Assembly: GCA_964393525.1 (NCBI GenBank)
Contig: CAYMTV010000002.1
Coordinates: forward strand, 23,001 to 87,000
Length of the DNA stretch: 64,000 bases
Reading direction: 5' to 3'
Source: an uncultured Gammaproteobacteria bacterium
Lineage (GTDB): Bacteria > Patescibacteriota > Microgenomatia > Daviesbacterales > UBA10151
Shown piece after piece: positions 35,588 through 45,902 of the stretch (positions are counted from its first letter, which is position 1; each line of letters opens with the position of its first letter). Made by a program: the position numbers and the translations under genes. Below the pieces are notes generated by a model, which was not told the origin of the DNA, made no database searches, and worked only from the letters and a program-made list of their open reading frames with translations.

Positions 35588-37432
35588 TTAGACTATTGGC
35601 TTAATATGCATTGGATCTGCCAAAAAAATTGATGTTAAATGCCAAATGTATAGCAAAATAAAAAACCCAACTAATACATTTCTTAATCTTTTGGGAAGCT
35701 TCATTAAAACAATTGCAAAAATAGCCCCAAGTATAATATGTATGGCAGGATACAAAATCACACTGAAAAACATACTATCAAACAACTTTGCCGGATTTAA
35801 CCTTAAGAAAGCTGCTGCCTGAAAAGAGGGAAAATCCTGATTTACAAATATTATTTTTAGTGGCTTTTCAAAAGCGATTCCTATAAATCTTAATGCATCA
35901 ATGGCAAACCCAAAGTAATAAATATTTGATAACTGAATATACCGTAAAGATTGAATTACAGGATCCAACCCAAATGACAACGGTATAAACCAAACAGTAA
36001 ATCTCCTAAATTTAATTGTAATCAAGATTATCGTTAATAGACTTGTTAAAAACAGAATTATTTTAAAAAGAATAGGAAAAGGAAGCTGTGGTCCAAAGAA
36101 AACTGTCCACCCATATAAGTTAAAAGACCTAAAAATTAGTCCAAATGAGGCAAAAGCAAACATTACACCCAAAAACCATAACAAAAATCTTTTTTTAATA
36201 ACCGCATAAGCAAAAGTTAACACCAAAATCAAAATAAAAATAAAATTATAATCTTCGGTATTTTTCTGTTGGAGTTTTAGAGGCAGTCTCCGGTCCAGGA
36301 AATTGCTTTTATCAGGCAAAAAATAATCACTAAAGGATATATTCTGCTCATAGTTTATGAATTCTTTATGAAAAATGCTTTTACGAAGATTTGGATTTAG
36401 TTCCCAAACAGCCTCATTAAGTTGAATTTTTGCCGTCTTTGGAAAGTCCTGAAAAATTCCTTTATACTCATCATAAAATTTTGATAAGGTAACTGCTTTT
36501 AAATTACTGATTTCCTTTAATGATTCAAGCTGTTTTGCATATTCACCTATATAGCCTACACTTTCAATTCCTGTTTCCAAACCCACTGTTATTTGACCTA
36601 TTTTATTTTCACAACTTAAATAAGAATTAACCAGTCGCAAGAAGTAACCTGTATCCTTGCCTTGTCTTATATAATCATTTGCCTGGAGAGAGTAATTTGA
36701 AAACTTGGGTCCATCCCCATAAGCTAAAAAAGAATCTCTTTGCGCCCATTGAAGAATTACAACGTCTTGCTTGACCTTCAAGTTACTGACAGGAGTCAAG
36801 ATGTTTGCTCTAGATGGATAGTATGGCACTCCCCACCACTGCCCCCAGACACCGTAATTATCGGTTGTCTTCTGATCGGCTACAATCATAGCCGCTTTAA
36901 TACCAAACTTTTCTTTTAAATAATTAAGGGAATACGAATCTATCCACCAGGCCCCGACAGATTTCGGAAAATATCCAAACTTATCTTTAAACTCTCTAAA
37001 TAACTCATCAATTAACTTCTTTCTTTCCGATTGCGTATAACCGGAAAGAAAAACAGCCTGCGGATAAAACCAGGCAACATCCTGCGGATAAATCACCCGC
37101 CCTTTTTCCGCCAAGTTTTTTGAAATTTCAAGAAAGACCCCTATTTCCTGTTTGTTGTTAAAAGTTTTGATTTTTGACAAAAGGGCTGCATCATTTAGCG
37201 TATCATATTGAACAAGCCAGGTTGCTTGGAAGTTGTATTTACTAATTAAATCGTACTGATCACTAATCGGTTTGAGGCTTTTATCAGTCCAGAGATCCCT
37301 CCCCCTAACCGGATTTACCAAGGTAAGGTATCTGTTAGGGCAACTAATATTTTCTTGTGCTTTAACAGTCGAAGAATTGACTAAAAGGACTACAGTAATA
37401 AATATTGTGAGAAGTTTATTGCGCTTTTGCAT
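35588..37432 (-). CDS. Exported carbohydrate-active-like (NodB/GH57-type barrel) domain fused to a C-terminal multi-TM region
   Basis: Signal-like N-terminus, ATWL.QYD, EIGVFLE, F...FGYFPKSVGAW, then ~6-7 TM helices. Confidence 0.6.
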   Translation of the reverse strand: MQKRNKLLTIFITVVLLVNSSTVKAQENISCPNRYLTLVNPVRGRDLWTDKSLKPISDQYDLISKYNFQATWLVQYDTLNDAALLSKIKTFNNKQEIGVFLEISKNLAEKGRVIYPQDVAWFYPQAVFLSGYTQSERKKLIDELFREFKDKFGYFPKSVGAWWIDSYSLNYLKEKFGIKAAMIVADQKTTDNYGVWGQWWGVPYYPSRANILTPVSNLKVKQDVVILQWAQRDSFLAYGDGPKFSNYSLQANDYIRQGKDTGYFLRLVNSYLSCENKIGQITVGLETGIESVGYIGEYAKQLESLKEISNLKAVTLSKFYDEYKGIFQDFPKTAKIQLNEAVWELNPNLRKSIFHKEFINYEQNISFSDYFLPDKSNFLDRRLPLKLQQKNTEDYNFIFILILVLTFAYAVIKKRFLLWFLGVMFAFASFGLIFRSFNLYGWTVFFGPQLPFPILFKIILFLTSLLTIILITIKFRRFTVWFIPLSFGLDPVIQSLRYIQLSNIYYFGFAIDALRFIGIAFEKPLKIIFVNQDFPSFQAAAFLRLNPAKLFDSMFFSVILYPAIHIILGAIFAIVLMKLPKRLRNVLVGFFILLYIWHLTSIFLADPMHIKPIV

Positions 37433-38822
37433 ATTGATGAATAAAACCTACTCCCCTAAAGTCATAAGTTTCTATTTTTTTGTATCCTAGAGATTGAAGC
37501 TGTTTTTCCAATAATCTTTCAGGGTCTGTAATACCTGCTAAATACTCAAATAAGTAAATTGGATTTTTACTCATATTGATTATTTTTAAATCTTGCAGAG
37601 TTTGAGCTGGAATTCTTTCTAACCCGGGGGTAGCAATCTTAGGATCTGTCTGGTAGTAGATTACGGGTGCTGGAATTTCATTATTCTCAAATATAATTAA
37701 GGAGTTGGAATTTGCTTGCTGATTGATAAATTTAACAGCTCCTTTCCAATCCTCCCGATGAAACTTAGGGTTTAAAAGATACATCAGGCTGAAAAATGAC
37801 TGCATAACAATTAAAGCTACAAGCGCAATAATTCTAAGCTTGCCTCCCAGCCTTTCCAGACCAATTGAAACCAATAGATAAAATGCCGGAAGTATAAAAA
37901 TAAACCTGAAATAAGAAAACACCGGAACAAAAAAAGATATTAAAAAGGCCAAAAGCGGAGGCACTATTAACCACAAAAAAATGTAATCCAACTCCAAGAT
38001 CTTTTTCCTTACCTTTCCTAAAATCAACAAATAATTTATAGAGACAAACACGGAAACTAAAGCGTACAAAAACATGTTATCAAAAGACACTTTGCCAATT
38101 AAACTTTTAACCCAAAGAAGTCCGATTTCTTTTATTCGAACCCCGCCAACCACTTCTTTCCAACCTGTCAAAGAACTTGCGGTAGTAATTCCTTGGGAAA
38201 ACTGGTCTCGAAAAACCAAAATCCAGGGACTATAGATAATTAAACTTATTAAAAAAGCCTTTTGAACCTTTTGTATTTTTTGTTTTTCATGGAGCAAAAG
38301 ATAAATGATTTGAGCAGGGAACAAAAAGTAAGCTACATAATCTGAGTAAAAGACTAGGGCTGAGGATAAAATATATCCTGTTAAAAATTTCAAATCATTT
38401 TTTTTTAATAACTTGATAAAAAAATATGAAGAAAGGGATACTGCAAATGCGGCCAAGGAATAAGGCCTAGCCTCCTGGGAGTAATAAATATGCAGCGGGG
38501 CAATGGCCAAAAGCATACTCGAGAATATTCCAACTTTCTTAGAGAATTCTTTTCCACTCAGGTAAGTTATATATACTGTAGCTACCCCAAAAAAGACGGG
38601 GAGCAATCTTATAATGACTTCTGAGTTATTAAGACGCACCCAAACCCAAAGTAATGCAAACCATAAAGGCGGATGAAAATCTCCTAATGGATATTTTGTA
38701 ACAAAATCCCAAAAATTAAATCTTTGAGCATAAACCACATTTATTGCCTCATCAAACCATAAACTTTGATTTAAACTAATAACTCTGATGAAAAAAGCAA
38801 ATATTAGTATTAGAAAAATCAT
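37416..38822 (-). CDS. PMT_2/GT39-like membrane glycosyltransferase
   Basis: SLWFDEA, DFHPPL, RL, YYSQEARPYS; multi-TM with a C-terminal soluble domain. Confidence 0.85.
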   Translation of the reverse strand: MIFLILIFAFFIRVISLNQSLWFDEAINVVYAQRFNFWDFVTKYPLGDFHPPLWFALLWVWVRLNNSEVIIRLLPVFFGVATVYITYLSGKEFSKKVGIFSSMLLAIAPLHIYYSQEARPYSLAAFAVSLSSYFFIKLLKKNDLKFLTGYILSSALVFYSDYVAYFLFPAQIIYLLLHEKQKIQKVQKAFLISLIIYSPWILVFRDQFSQGITTASSLTGWKEVVGGVRIKEIGLLWVKSLIGKVSFDNMFLYALVSVFVSINYLLILGKVRKKILELDYIFLWLIVPPLLAFLISFFVPVFSYFRFIFILPAFYLLVSIGLERLGGKLRIIALVALIVMQSFFSLMYLLNPKFHREDWKGAVKFINQQANSNSLIIFENNEIPAPVIYYQTDPKIATPGLERIPAQTLQDLKIINMSKNPIYLFEYLAGITDPERLLEKQLQSLGYKKIETYDFRGVGFIHQYAKAQ

Positions 38823-38823
38823 A

Positions 38824-39975
38824 CTAAGAAATATAATAACCTCTGGAAAAAAACATTAATAGAATAAAAAGAAGTACTGGAGAGATTATGAAGTAAATTA
38901 ATTTAAATATTTTATTCTCTATTAAGCCTATGGTAATAAAAATGGGGAATAAAACAATCGTGTATCTTGGAAGGCCTGAAAAAGTACCACTTAATACCGG
39001 AATTAAAAATGCAACTAGCGAGTATATCAGGTAAGAAGTTTTTATTTTTTTCTTCCAAGCAACAACAAGCATGCAGATAACAAAGACAAAAACAGATATC
39101 TCAAGCATAGCAATCCACCACTCAAGTTGAGTTGCAGGTAAATAAAAAAATATTTTCAAATATCTAAATATGGTTTGGAAAGGAAAGACTATTGTATCAA
39201 GTGATCTGCTGTTTCCCTGCGCACCATGGGCATAGAGAAAATTTAAAAAATCTCCCCATTTAAAATATGAATATAGAGAAAAACCTATTAAACCAAAAGG
39301 CACTAAAAGAATACTGAAAAATTTATACATATTTTTTCTCATTTTAAGTAATTCATATAAAATTGCAGGGAAAATGGAGATTCCAACAAGCCTTGTACTT
39401 GTAAGTAGCATTCCAGCAAGACCTGCAAAAAACCAGTTACCTTTTTCTATAAAATAGAACACAACAAGTACTAGCATCAAAAATAGACTTTCAGAATAAA
39501 TTGAACCAAAGAAAAATGACGTCGGAAATAGAGCCATTGAAACTGTTGCTATTTTGGCAGCTTTTTCTGAATACTCCTTTTTAACTAATTTATAAAAAAA
39601 TATTAGCGCTAAGAAGAAAAATAAATTTGCCAGAATTAAACCGCTTAAAAATTGGACTTCGCTATATGCAATCTTATCTCCCAGTAACCCCGATAGAAAA
39701 TTTATTAAGATAGGGAACGAAGGAAAAAAACGACCATCAGTTGTATAGCCATTTCCTGCAATAGAAAGATAATGCACCCCATCAAAATTAGCCCATGGGT
39801 ATACTAAGTAAGATTTAATAAAAGAGTCACTACTTACAAAGTTTAAGACATTGGTAAAATCACTATTTGCCCTATATTGAATATTTTGGCTAAAAATTAA
39901 TGGGATAAAAAGAATTATTCTCCAAATAAGAAAAAATACTAAAACAAATTTGAAATCCTTCATGGATAACTTCAA
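38824..39975 (-). CDS. PIG-V/GT76-like mannosyltransferase
   Basis: WANFDGVHYLSIA..GY, FFP.FP, FPTSFF..IYSESLF, TRLVG, PRY. Confidence 0.8.
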   Translation of the reverse strand: MKLSMKDFKFVLVFFLIWRIILFIPLIFSQNIQYRANSDFTNVLNFVSSDSFIKSYLVYPWANFDGVHYLSIAGNGYTTDGRFFPSFPILINFLSGLLGDKIAYSEVQFLSGLILANLFFFLALIFFYKLVKKEYSEKAAKIATVSMALFPTSFFFGSIYSESLFLMLVLVVFYFIEKGNWFFAGLAGMLLTSTRLVGISIFPAILYELLKMRKNMYKFFSILLVPFGLIGFSLYSYFKWGDFLNFLYAHGAQGNSRSLDTIVFPFQTIFRYLKIFFYLPATQLEWWIAMLEISVFVFVICMLVVAWKKKIKTSYLIYSLVAFLIPVLSGTFSGLPRYTIVLFPIFITIGLIENKIFKLIYFIISPVLLFILLMFFSRGYYIS

Positions 39976-39976
39976 T

Positions 39977-41632
39977 TCATTCTTTTAATTCCACCTGATA
40001 TAAATTGCATACTTCAAAGCATCCTTTTTGTACCTCGGTTACCTTAAAATTTTTAAATATATCATTGTAGGAAACATGTAGATAACCTTCATTCCCAATT
40101 CCATACCTTGAGAGGTAAAGAGGATATCCTGCCTTAATTTTTTGCTCGTAAAGCGAAACTAAAGATGGGTAATTATATTGACCCCAGACTTTCTCTTTAT
40201 CCAGGTAAAATTCCTGATTAATAGATAAAGGCAGCAGACTATATTTTCCATTAGAAAAAAAGTCTATATAGTAAGGAGGTGCTGCTGATATTACAAACGG
40301 CTTTTTACCGAAATCTTTTTGATTATTGAAAAAATCATTTAGATTTCTAACTGAGATATAATTCCAGGGGGTTTCGCTGTATTTTAAATTCAGTACGATC
40401 TGATTTTTAAGCCTAATGATATTTGTTGCAAAATAAAAAATAGCTACTATGCTAAATACAAGGTAAATTAAATACCTAATCTTATGTTTTTTAACTAAGG
40501 TAAACAAAATCACAAAAAATAATCCAAATCCAGCAGTTAAGCTTGGGATAACATGATAAATATATCTGGCATCGACCGAATAAAAAGTTGATATAAAAAA
40601 AACTACACTAAATATAAAAAGGAGTAAAGCAAGGCTTATAAATCTGTAGTCTTTTTTAAACATCCCTAAAATTAATCCTAAAAGACCCAGCTTACCTACA
40701 AACGCGGGAACTATTGGAGTAAAATCCCACAAAAACCTCATTGAACTTCCATTAAGCGCACCCCAATAAGCAGTGAGATTGTCTTTAAAATAGGCTAGAG
40801 AAAACCAGGCATTTCTGGCTGTGGAAGAAGTTTGTATAGCAGATTCATTTAATTGATGATTTGGAATAATCAGTGCAAGCAAACGTAGAAGGTTAGCAAA
40901 AAGGTTTACTCCTTTAATCAAATATTCATACAAAGAAAGTAGTCCCACAAAGATAAATAAAGAGCCAAAAAAAATGCCATAAGTTTTCACTTTTAAAGAT
41001 CTCTTTTTAATTTCAAACCAAATTTTTAAACTATATAAAAAAGCTGATATGAATACCAAAGGGATACTGGCATATTTGGTTGCATAAAACCCGACAGTTA
41101 CAAAAGCAAAAATTATTAAAGTTTTTGCTGATACCTTGGAGGTAAGTAAAAAGAGTGAGAGGTTAAACAAAAATAAAAACAGTGTTTCTGCCATTGCCAG
41201 ATTAGGAAACCAATATATAAAGTAATTTGAAACGTATAAAAATAAACCAAACCCCAGGATAAAAGGATTTTTACTAATTTTTTTCAAAAACAGATAAAAA
41301 AGAAAAAGTGCTCCTAAACTTAAAGCTATGTTAATAAAATAGAATACCCTTGGGTCTTCTCGGTTTATAAGAAGTATTGGTAAAAGGCTCACCGAATATA
41401 GCGGAGGAACCCTGGGATTTATCTTTCTGTCTTCTCTTTGAAGGTACATCCCCTTCCCTTCTAAAAAGTTTATTGCCGGATTTATATAATGAAGGGTATC
41501 GGGGTATGGTTCTAAATTGGAAATCAAGTTTCTTTCTGAAAAAGGATTTTTTAAAAGTAACAATCCTAACAAAAACAGACTTCCTATAAATATTATTAGT
41601 GGATATCTTCTTGTAAAAAAATCTTTATACAT
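39977..41632 (-). CDS. GT-C-like multi-TM glycosyltransferase
   Basis: EPYPDTLHY, PPLYS, MAE, TKY, DARY; multi-TM. ATG 41632 preferred. Confidence 0.7.
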   Translation of the reverse strand: MYKDFFTRRYPLIIFIGSLFLLGLLLLKNPFSERNLISNLEPYPDTLHYINPAINFLEGKGMYLQREDRKINPRVPPLYSVSLLPILLINREDPRVFYFINIALSLGALFLFYLFLKKISKNPFILGFGLFLYVSNYFIYWFPNLAMAETLFLFLFNLSLFLLTSKVSAKTLIIFAFVTVGFYATKYASIPLVFISAFLYSLKIWFEIKKRSLKVKTYGIFFGSLFIFVGLLSLYEYLIKGVNLFANLLRLLALIIPNHQLNESAIQTSSTARNAWFSLAYFKDNLTAYWGALNGSSMRFLWDFTPIVPAFVGKLGLLGLILGMFKKDYRFISLALLLFIFSVVFFISTFYSVDARYIYHVIPSLTAGFGLFFVILFTLVKKHKIRYLIYLVFSIVAIFYFATNIIRLKNQIVLNLKYSETPWNYISVRNLNDFFNNQKDFGKKPFVISAAPPYYIDFFSNGKYSLLPLSINQEFYLDKEKVWGQYNYPSLVSLYEQKIKAGYPLYLSRYGIGNEGYLHVSYNDIFKNFKVTEVQKGCFEVCNLYQVELKE

Positions 41633-41655
41633 ACTACAATAGTGTGTACAATTTA

Positions 41656-42381
41656 ATGCAAAAACTATCAATTATTATACCTGTTTATAACGAAGAAATG
41701 TTGATTGGCAAAACAATCAGTTCTGTAGCCTCTGCAGATTCTCTTAATATGGTTAAAGAAATTATAGTGGTTGATGATGGCTCGGTTGATAAGACCAAAG
41801 AGGTAACAGAATCATCGATAAAAGATCATAAAAAAGAGAAGTCTTTAATATTCAAAACAATCTTCAGGCCGGAAAATTCCGGTAAAGGCGCCAGTGTTAA
41901 AGAGGGTATACTTGCATCCACCGGAGACATCATCATAATCCAAGATGCTGATTTAGAGTACAATCCGGAAGATTACCCATTACTTCTGGAACCCTTCATA
42001 AGAAATCAGGCCGATGTGGTTTATGGATCAAGATTCATCTCTAATAGACCACACCGCGTTTTATATTTTTGGCATTATGTAATCAATATGGCTTTAACAA
42101 CTTTTTCCAATATGTTAACCAACTTAAACTTAACCGATATGGAAACAGGTTATAAAGCCTTTAAAGGGGAGCTTATTCGGAAAATTTCCAAGGATTTGGA
42201 GAGTAAAAGGTTTGGCTTTGAACCTGAAGTTACGGCAAGATTGGCAAAAATTAAAGGCATTAAGTTCTTTGAAGTTGGAATTTCTTATAGTGGTAGAACT
42301 TACGAGGAGGGTAAAAAAATTGGTTGGGTGGATGGGATGAGGGCCATATGGGAGATAATTAAATTCAATTTGTTTGCTTAA
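41656..42381 (+). CDS. GT2 polyprenol-phosphate glycosyltransferase (DPM1/GtrB-like)
   Basis: IIPVYNEE, VDDGS, GKGA, IQDADLEY.P, VYGSRF, TDMETGYK, RFGFEPE, GRTYEEGKKI. Confidence 0.92.
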   Translation: MQKLSIIIPVYNEEMLIGKTISSVASADSLNMVKEIIVVDDGSVDKTKEVTESSIKDHKKEKSLIFKTIFRPENSGKGASVKEGILASTGDIIIIQDADLEYNPEDYPLLLEPFIRNQADVVYGSRFISNRPHRVLYFWHYVINMALTTFSNMLTNLNLTDMETGYKAFKGELIRKISKDLESKRFGFEPEVTARLAKIKGIKFFEVGISYSGRTYEEGKKIGWVDGMRAIWEIIKFNLFA

Positions 42382-44153
42382 CTATCCTTAAAAACTTCAA
42401 CCAGCAAAAACTCTTCATCATTAAAAAGTACTTTTACTTGTGAATTTTTCATTATCCACTGGCTGATTAATGTAGCTTTATCTTCATATAAATGACCTTT
42501 ATTAAGCTTAAAGAATTTGACATTTTTATTGTTTAAAAGTTGCCAAAAAACTTCCGGGTCATTTTTTTCAATTGCAGTAAAAAGCTGATTTTCGTATTCT
42601 TCATATTCTCTAGGAATATACCCGCTATACCCATTCACCATTAGGCATTTATGTTTGATGGAAGCCAGCTGAAATTGAGTTCGATAGGTGAGGTTCTCTA
42701 TAACATTATTAGGGGTAATGAACCTTGACATTGGGTACTCTAAAAGTACATGCCCTCCGGCTGCGCAACTTTGCTCGATTGTTTTATAAACTGTAGGATA
42801 GAACTCTTTTTTTCCAGTCAGCTTGTTAACCGGAGCAATTTCCATTAAAAATAGACTCGCAAAAACAGCCACCAATATTAACCCTTTCTTGCTTTTAATT
42901 CCCAGTTTTTTTATTCTGCGAAGCAGAAGTAACTTGTTCATTCCCAGTAAAGCAAAGTAATTTAACCCTAAAAATAAAAGCCACATCCATCTGGCGTTTG
43001 CACGGATAGGCTCAACAAGGGGAACAAACTTTAGGATTAAATAATATGGAAGCGGGATAACTAAATAAGTGCCGTTGACGCTTAATCTCGGTCCTAATGA
43101 AAATAAAAACCCAACGATAATCAGAATAATAAAATAAAAGTTATAAAACGATAAATTAAAACTTAGGGATGAAGCTTTTTTCTCTTTGGTAATATTCAGC
43201 ATGCCCAGTAAGGCTAGAGAGAGTAAAATCACCCCGGGAAAAGCTCCTGATTCGCCAACCGTATGTCTGTTAAAACTATTCCATAAACTCATTATTTTGG
43301 AGGTTGAAGCAATACTGTTAAAGTGGGTCGTAAACAAATAATCAGTTAAATGGGCAGAATATGTAATATACTCACTTGGATCACGGACAATTCCATAATA
43401 CTTCTTTATCTCAATATACTTTAGTAGAAAGGGGCCTGAAAAAACGATAAAGGTAATTAAAACGAGAGCTCCATGAATAAAAATTTTCCAAATTCCTTTT
43501 CTCTGCAAATATTGGCTTACTATCCTAAGCGTATACCAAATACTTACAGCAATTAGCATAAATACACAAATGTATACGCTTGATAGAAATTCAAGCGAAA
43601 TCATTAAACCAATGATTAAAGCATTTTTTATGGAGAATTTTTCTTTAAACAAAAAATATAAGCCAAATAAAAATGGCCACAGGTTAATAATCTGAAAATG
43701 ATTGAACTCCATAAAAAAGTAGGGAGAGAATGCTGTTATTAGTGTTCCGAAAAAGACTAAAAGCCTATCAGAAAAAAATACTCTCCAAAGTAACCAACTT
43801 GCCCAAATATTTAAAAAGATTGTCGTAATAAACACTAAATTAAAAACTAATATTTGGTTTGATGAAAAAAGGTTAAAGATAAACCCTAAGGCTGATGCTG
43901 GCAAAAGCAGGTCAGAAAATAACATGGTTCCCTCTAAAGGATAGAAAATATTTGAATTAAAGAAACTACTAAATTGGAGTTTGCTTACATGATCGATGTT
44001 TTGATAGATTATCCAAACCATTAAAGGATAATCCAACCAATCTATTAGATTAGTACTAATATTAAATAGCAATGATCGAAATATAATGGCTGTTAAAACT
44101 ATAAGTAACAAAATGATCGAAATAATTCTCAAATGTTTTTTTAAGTAAAGCAT
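42378..44153 (-). CDS. Multi-TM GT-C-like protein (YfhO-like)
   Basis: NIFYP, FSPY, SAHLTDY, FPG, SLGP, PYY, IRA.ARW, LLEYP, NGYSGY.P. Paralog of 47798-49579. Confidence 0.7.
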   Translation of the reverse strand: MLYLKKHLRIISIILLLIVLTAIIFRSLLFNISTNLIDWLDYPLMVWIIYQNIDHVSKLQFSSFFNSNIFYPLEGTMLFSDLLLPASALGFIFNLFSSNQILVFNLVFITTIFLNIWASWLLWRVFFSDRLLVFFGTLITAFSPYFFMEFNHFQIINLWPFLFGLYFLFKEKFSIKNALIIGLMISLEFLSSVYICVFMLIAVSIWYTLRIVSQYLQRKGIWKIFIHGALVLITFIVFSGPFLLKYIEIKKYYGIVRDPSEYITYSAHLTDYLFTTHFNSIASTSKIMSLWNSFNRHTVGESGAFPGVILLSLALLGMLNITKEKKASSLSFNLSFYNFYFIILIIVGFLFSLGPRLSVNGTYLVIPLPYYLILKFVPLVEPIRANARWMWLLFLGLNYFALLGMNKLLLLRRIKKLGIKSKKGLILVAVFASLFLMEIAPVNKLTGKKEFYPTVYKTIEQSCAAGGHVLLEYPMSRFITPNNVIENLTYRTQFQLASIKHKCLMVNGYSGYIPREYEEYENQLFTAIEKNDPEVFWQLLNNKNVKFFKLNKGHLYEDKATLISQWIMKNSQVKVLFNDEEFLLVEVFKDS

Positions 44154-44214
44154 CTTAATCTATTCTATTCTATACCCATATCCCTTTTAAGAAAATATGT
44201 ATAATATAAAATTT

Positions 44215-45225
44215 ATGAAGGATATTTCTTTAGCTATCATTGGACTGGGATATTGGGGACCAAATTATGCAAGGGTCATTAGTCAACTTGAAGATGTGAA
44301 GTTGAAATGGTGTTGTGATATTAATAAATTGGCGCTTTCCAAATTTTCCAAATTCTATCCACAAGTTCAAATCACAGATAATATTGAAACACTCGTCAAT
44401 GACAAAGAATTAGACGCGGTAATAATTGTTACCCCTGCTCAAAATCATTTTGAAATTGCCAAAAAACTCCTCTTAGGCGGTAAGGATATTATAGTAGAGA
44501 AACCCTTAACCAATAACCTGGATGAGTCAAAACAGCTGGTAAAGCTGGCGGCAGAAAAGAAGAAAATTATAATGGTCGATCACACTTTTGTATTTAACAC
44601 GGCCATAAAAAAACTTAAGGAATTAATCGCTGATGGCGAGCTGGGTAAGATTTATTACATTTACGGCAATTATAATGCCCTGGGTCCTATCAGAAGAGAT
44701 GTTTCGGCTATGTGGGACTTACCCCACTTTATATATGTAGTAAACTTCCTACTTGGGAGTATCCCACTTTGGGTTTCTGCCTCCGGAAAGGATTATTTGC
44801 AAAAAGGTATGGAAGATGTGGTTTTTTTAAACTTTGAATATCCTGGTAATGTTTTATTTAACCTCAACTGTTCCTGGATTGACCCGGTAAAAGTAAGGAG
44901 ACTGGTAATTGTTGGAGAAAGAAGGATGGTAGTATTTGATGATATGGAGCCAGAAGAAAAAATTAAAATCTATGATAAAGGGGTTGAGATTTCATCTGAT
45001 CCCAACTTTGCTAATTTGCAACTAGTTGTCAGAAATGGTAATACAGTAATTCCTAAACTTGAACTAAAAGAACCCTTAAAAGAAGTTGTTTTAGAGTTCA
45101 TAAAATCAATTAAACTACGCTCTAGTAATTTTTCAAATGGATTAGATGGCTTAAATTTGGTACAAGTTTTGAAAAGTGCCCAGCAGTCACTTAATAAAGG
45201 TGGAAAAAGAATATCAATTAGATGA
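44215..45225 (+). CDS. Gfo/Idh/MocA NAD-dependent oxidoreductase (WlbA/WbpB-like)
   Basis: IGLGYWG, VTPA..H, VEKP, MVDHTF, WD..H. ATG 44215 preferred. Confidence 0.9.
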   Translation: MKDISLAIIGLGYWGPNYARVISQLEDVKLKWCCDINKLALSKFSKFYPQVQITDNIETLVNDKELDAVIIVTPAQNHFEIAKKLLLGGKDIIVEKPLTNNLDESKQLVKLAAEKKKIIMVDHTFVFNTAIKKLKELIADGELGKIYYIYGNYNALGPIRRDVSAMWDLPHFIYVVNFLLGSIPLWVSASGKDYLQKGMEDVVFLNFEYPGNVLFNLNCSWIDPVKVRRLVIVGERRMVVFDDMEPEEKIKIYDKGVEISSDPNFANLQLVVRNGNTVIPKLELKEPLKEVVLEFIKSIKLRSSNFSNGLDGLNLVQVLKSAQQSLNKGGKRISIR

Positions 45226-45902
45226 GTAAGAAAATTTTTAAAAATGTTATTTTGGGGAAAAATGTCACTTTAGAAGATGGAGTCGTGATTGGCCTTCCTC
45301 CATTTGGAAAAAAAGATGGAGAAATAAAAACAATTATCGGTGATAATGCTTTTATCCGTGCCAATACAGTAATTTATGGCGGTGTAAAAATTGGGAATAA
45401 TTTTCAAACTGGACCTGGGGTTTTAATTAGGGAAAACAACATAATAGGGAACAATGTTGTTGTCTGGCATAGTGCGACTTTAAACCCCAATAATAAGATT
45501 GGCGAAAACTGCCGAATTCATGCTGGTTGTTTTTTAGAAATGACCACTTTGGGTAAAAATGTTTTTTTAGGTCCTAATGTGACTTTTACCGATGATCCTC
45601 ATCCAATAATTCCGATTGATTACAGAGGGTGTTGGGGAGGAGCTATAGTTGGTGATGGGGCTGTGATTGGTGGCGGGGCAACTATACTTCCGCATGTGGT
45701 AATTGGTAAACAAGCAGTTGTCGGAGCAGGGTCCGTTGTAGTTGAAAATATACCAGATAAAAAGATTGCTGTTGGAAACCCAGCTCATGTAATTTACGAC
45801 GTTGAAGATGTAATTTGTAAACGGCCGGGTAAAGTCCATTTTCCATATAAGCGAAGCTTGAAATTTTCGCTACGCTCAAATTTTAAAGGCAGAAAAGTAT
45901 GA
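45222..45902 (+). CDS. Hexapeptide N-acetyltransferase (WlbB/WbpD-like)
   Basis: Left-handed beta-helix repeats, FLGPNVTFTDD.HP, GAGSVV, VGNPA. Confidence 0.88.
   Translation: MSKKIFKNVILGKNVTLEDGVVIGLPPFGKKDGEIKTIIGDNAFIRANTVIYGGVKIGNNFQTGPGVLIRENNIIGNNVVVWHSATLNPNNKIGENCRIHAGCFLEMTTLGKNVFLGPNVTFTDDPHPIIPIDYRGCWGGAIVGDGAVIGGGATILPHVVIGKQAVVGAGSVVVENIPDKKIAVGNPAHVIYDVEDVICKRPGKVHFPYKRSLKFSLRSNFKGRKV

Noticed and set aside
41633-41671. Head-to-head overlap of two genes implied by the ORF track
   Set aside because: The overlap disappears with the internal ATGs at 41632 and 41656. Similar over-extended starts were corrected at 10836, 14335, 20634, 44197, 59379 and 60899.
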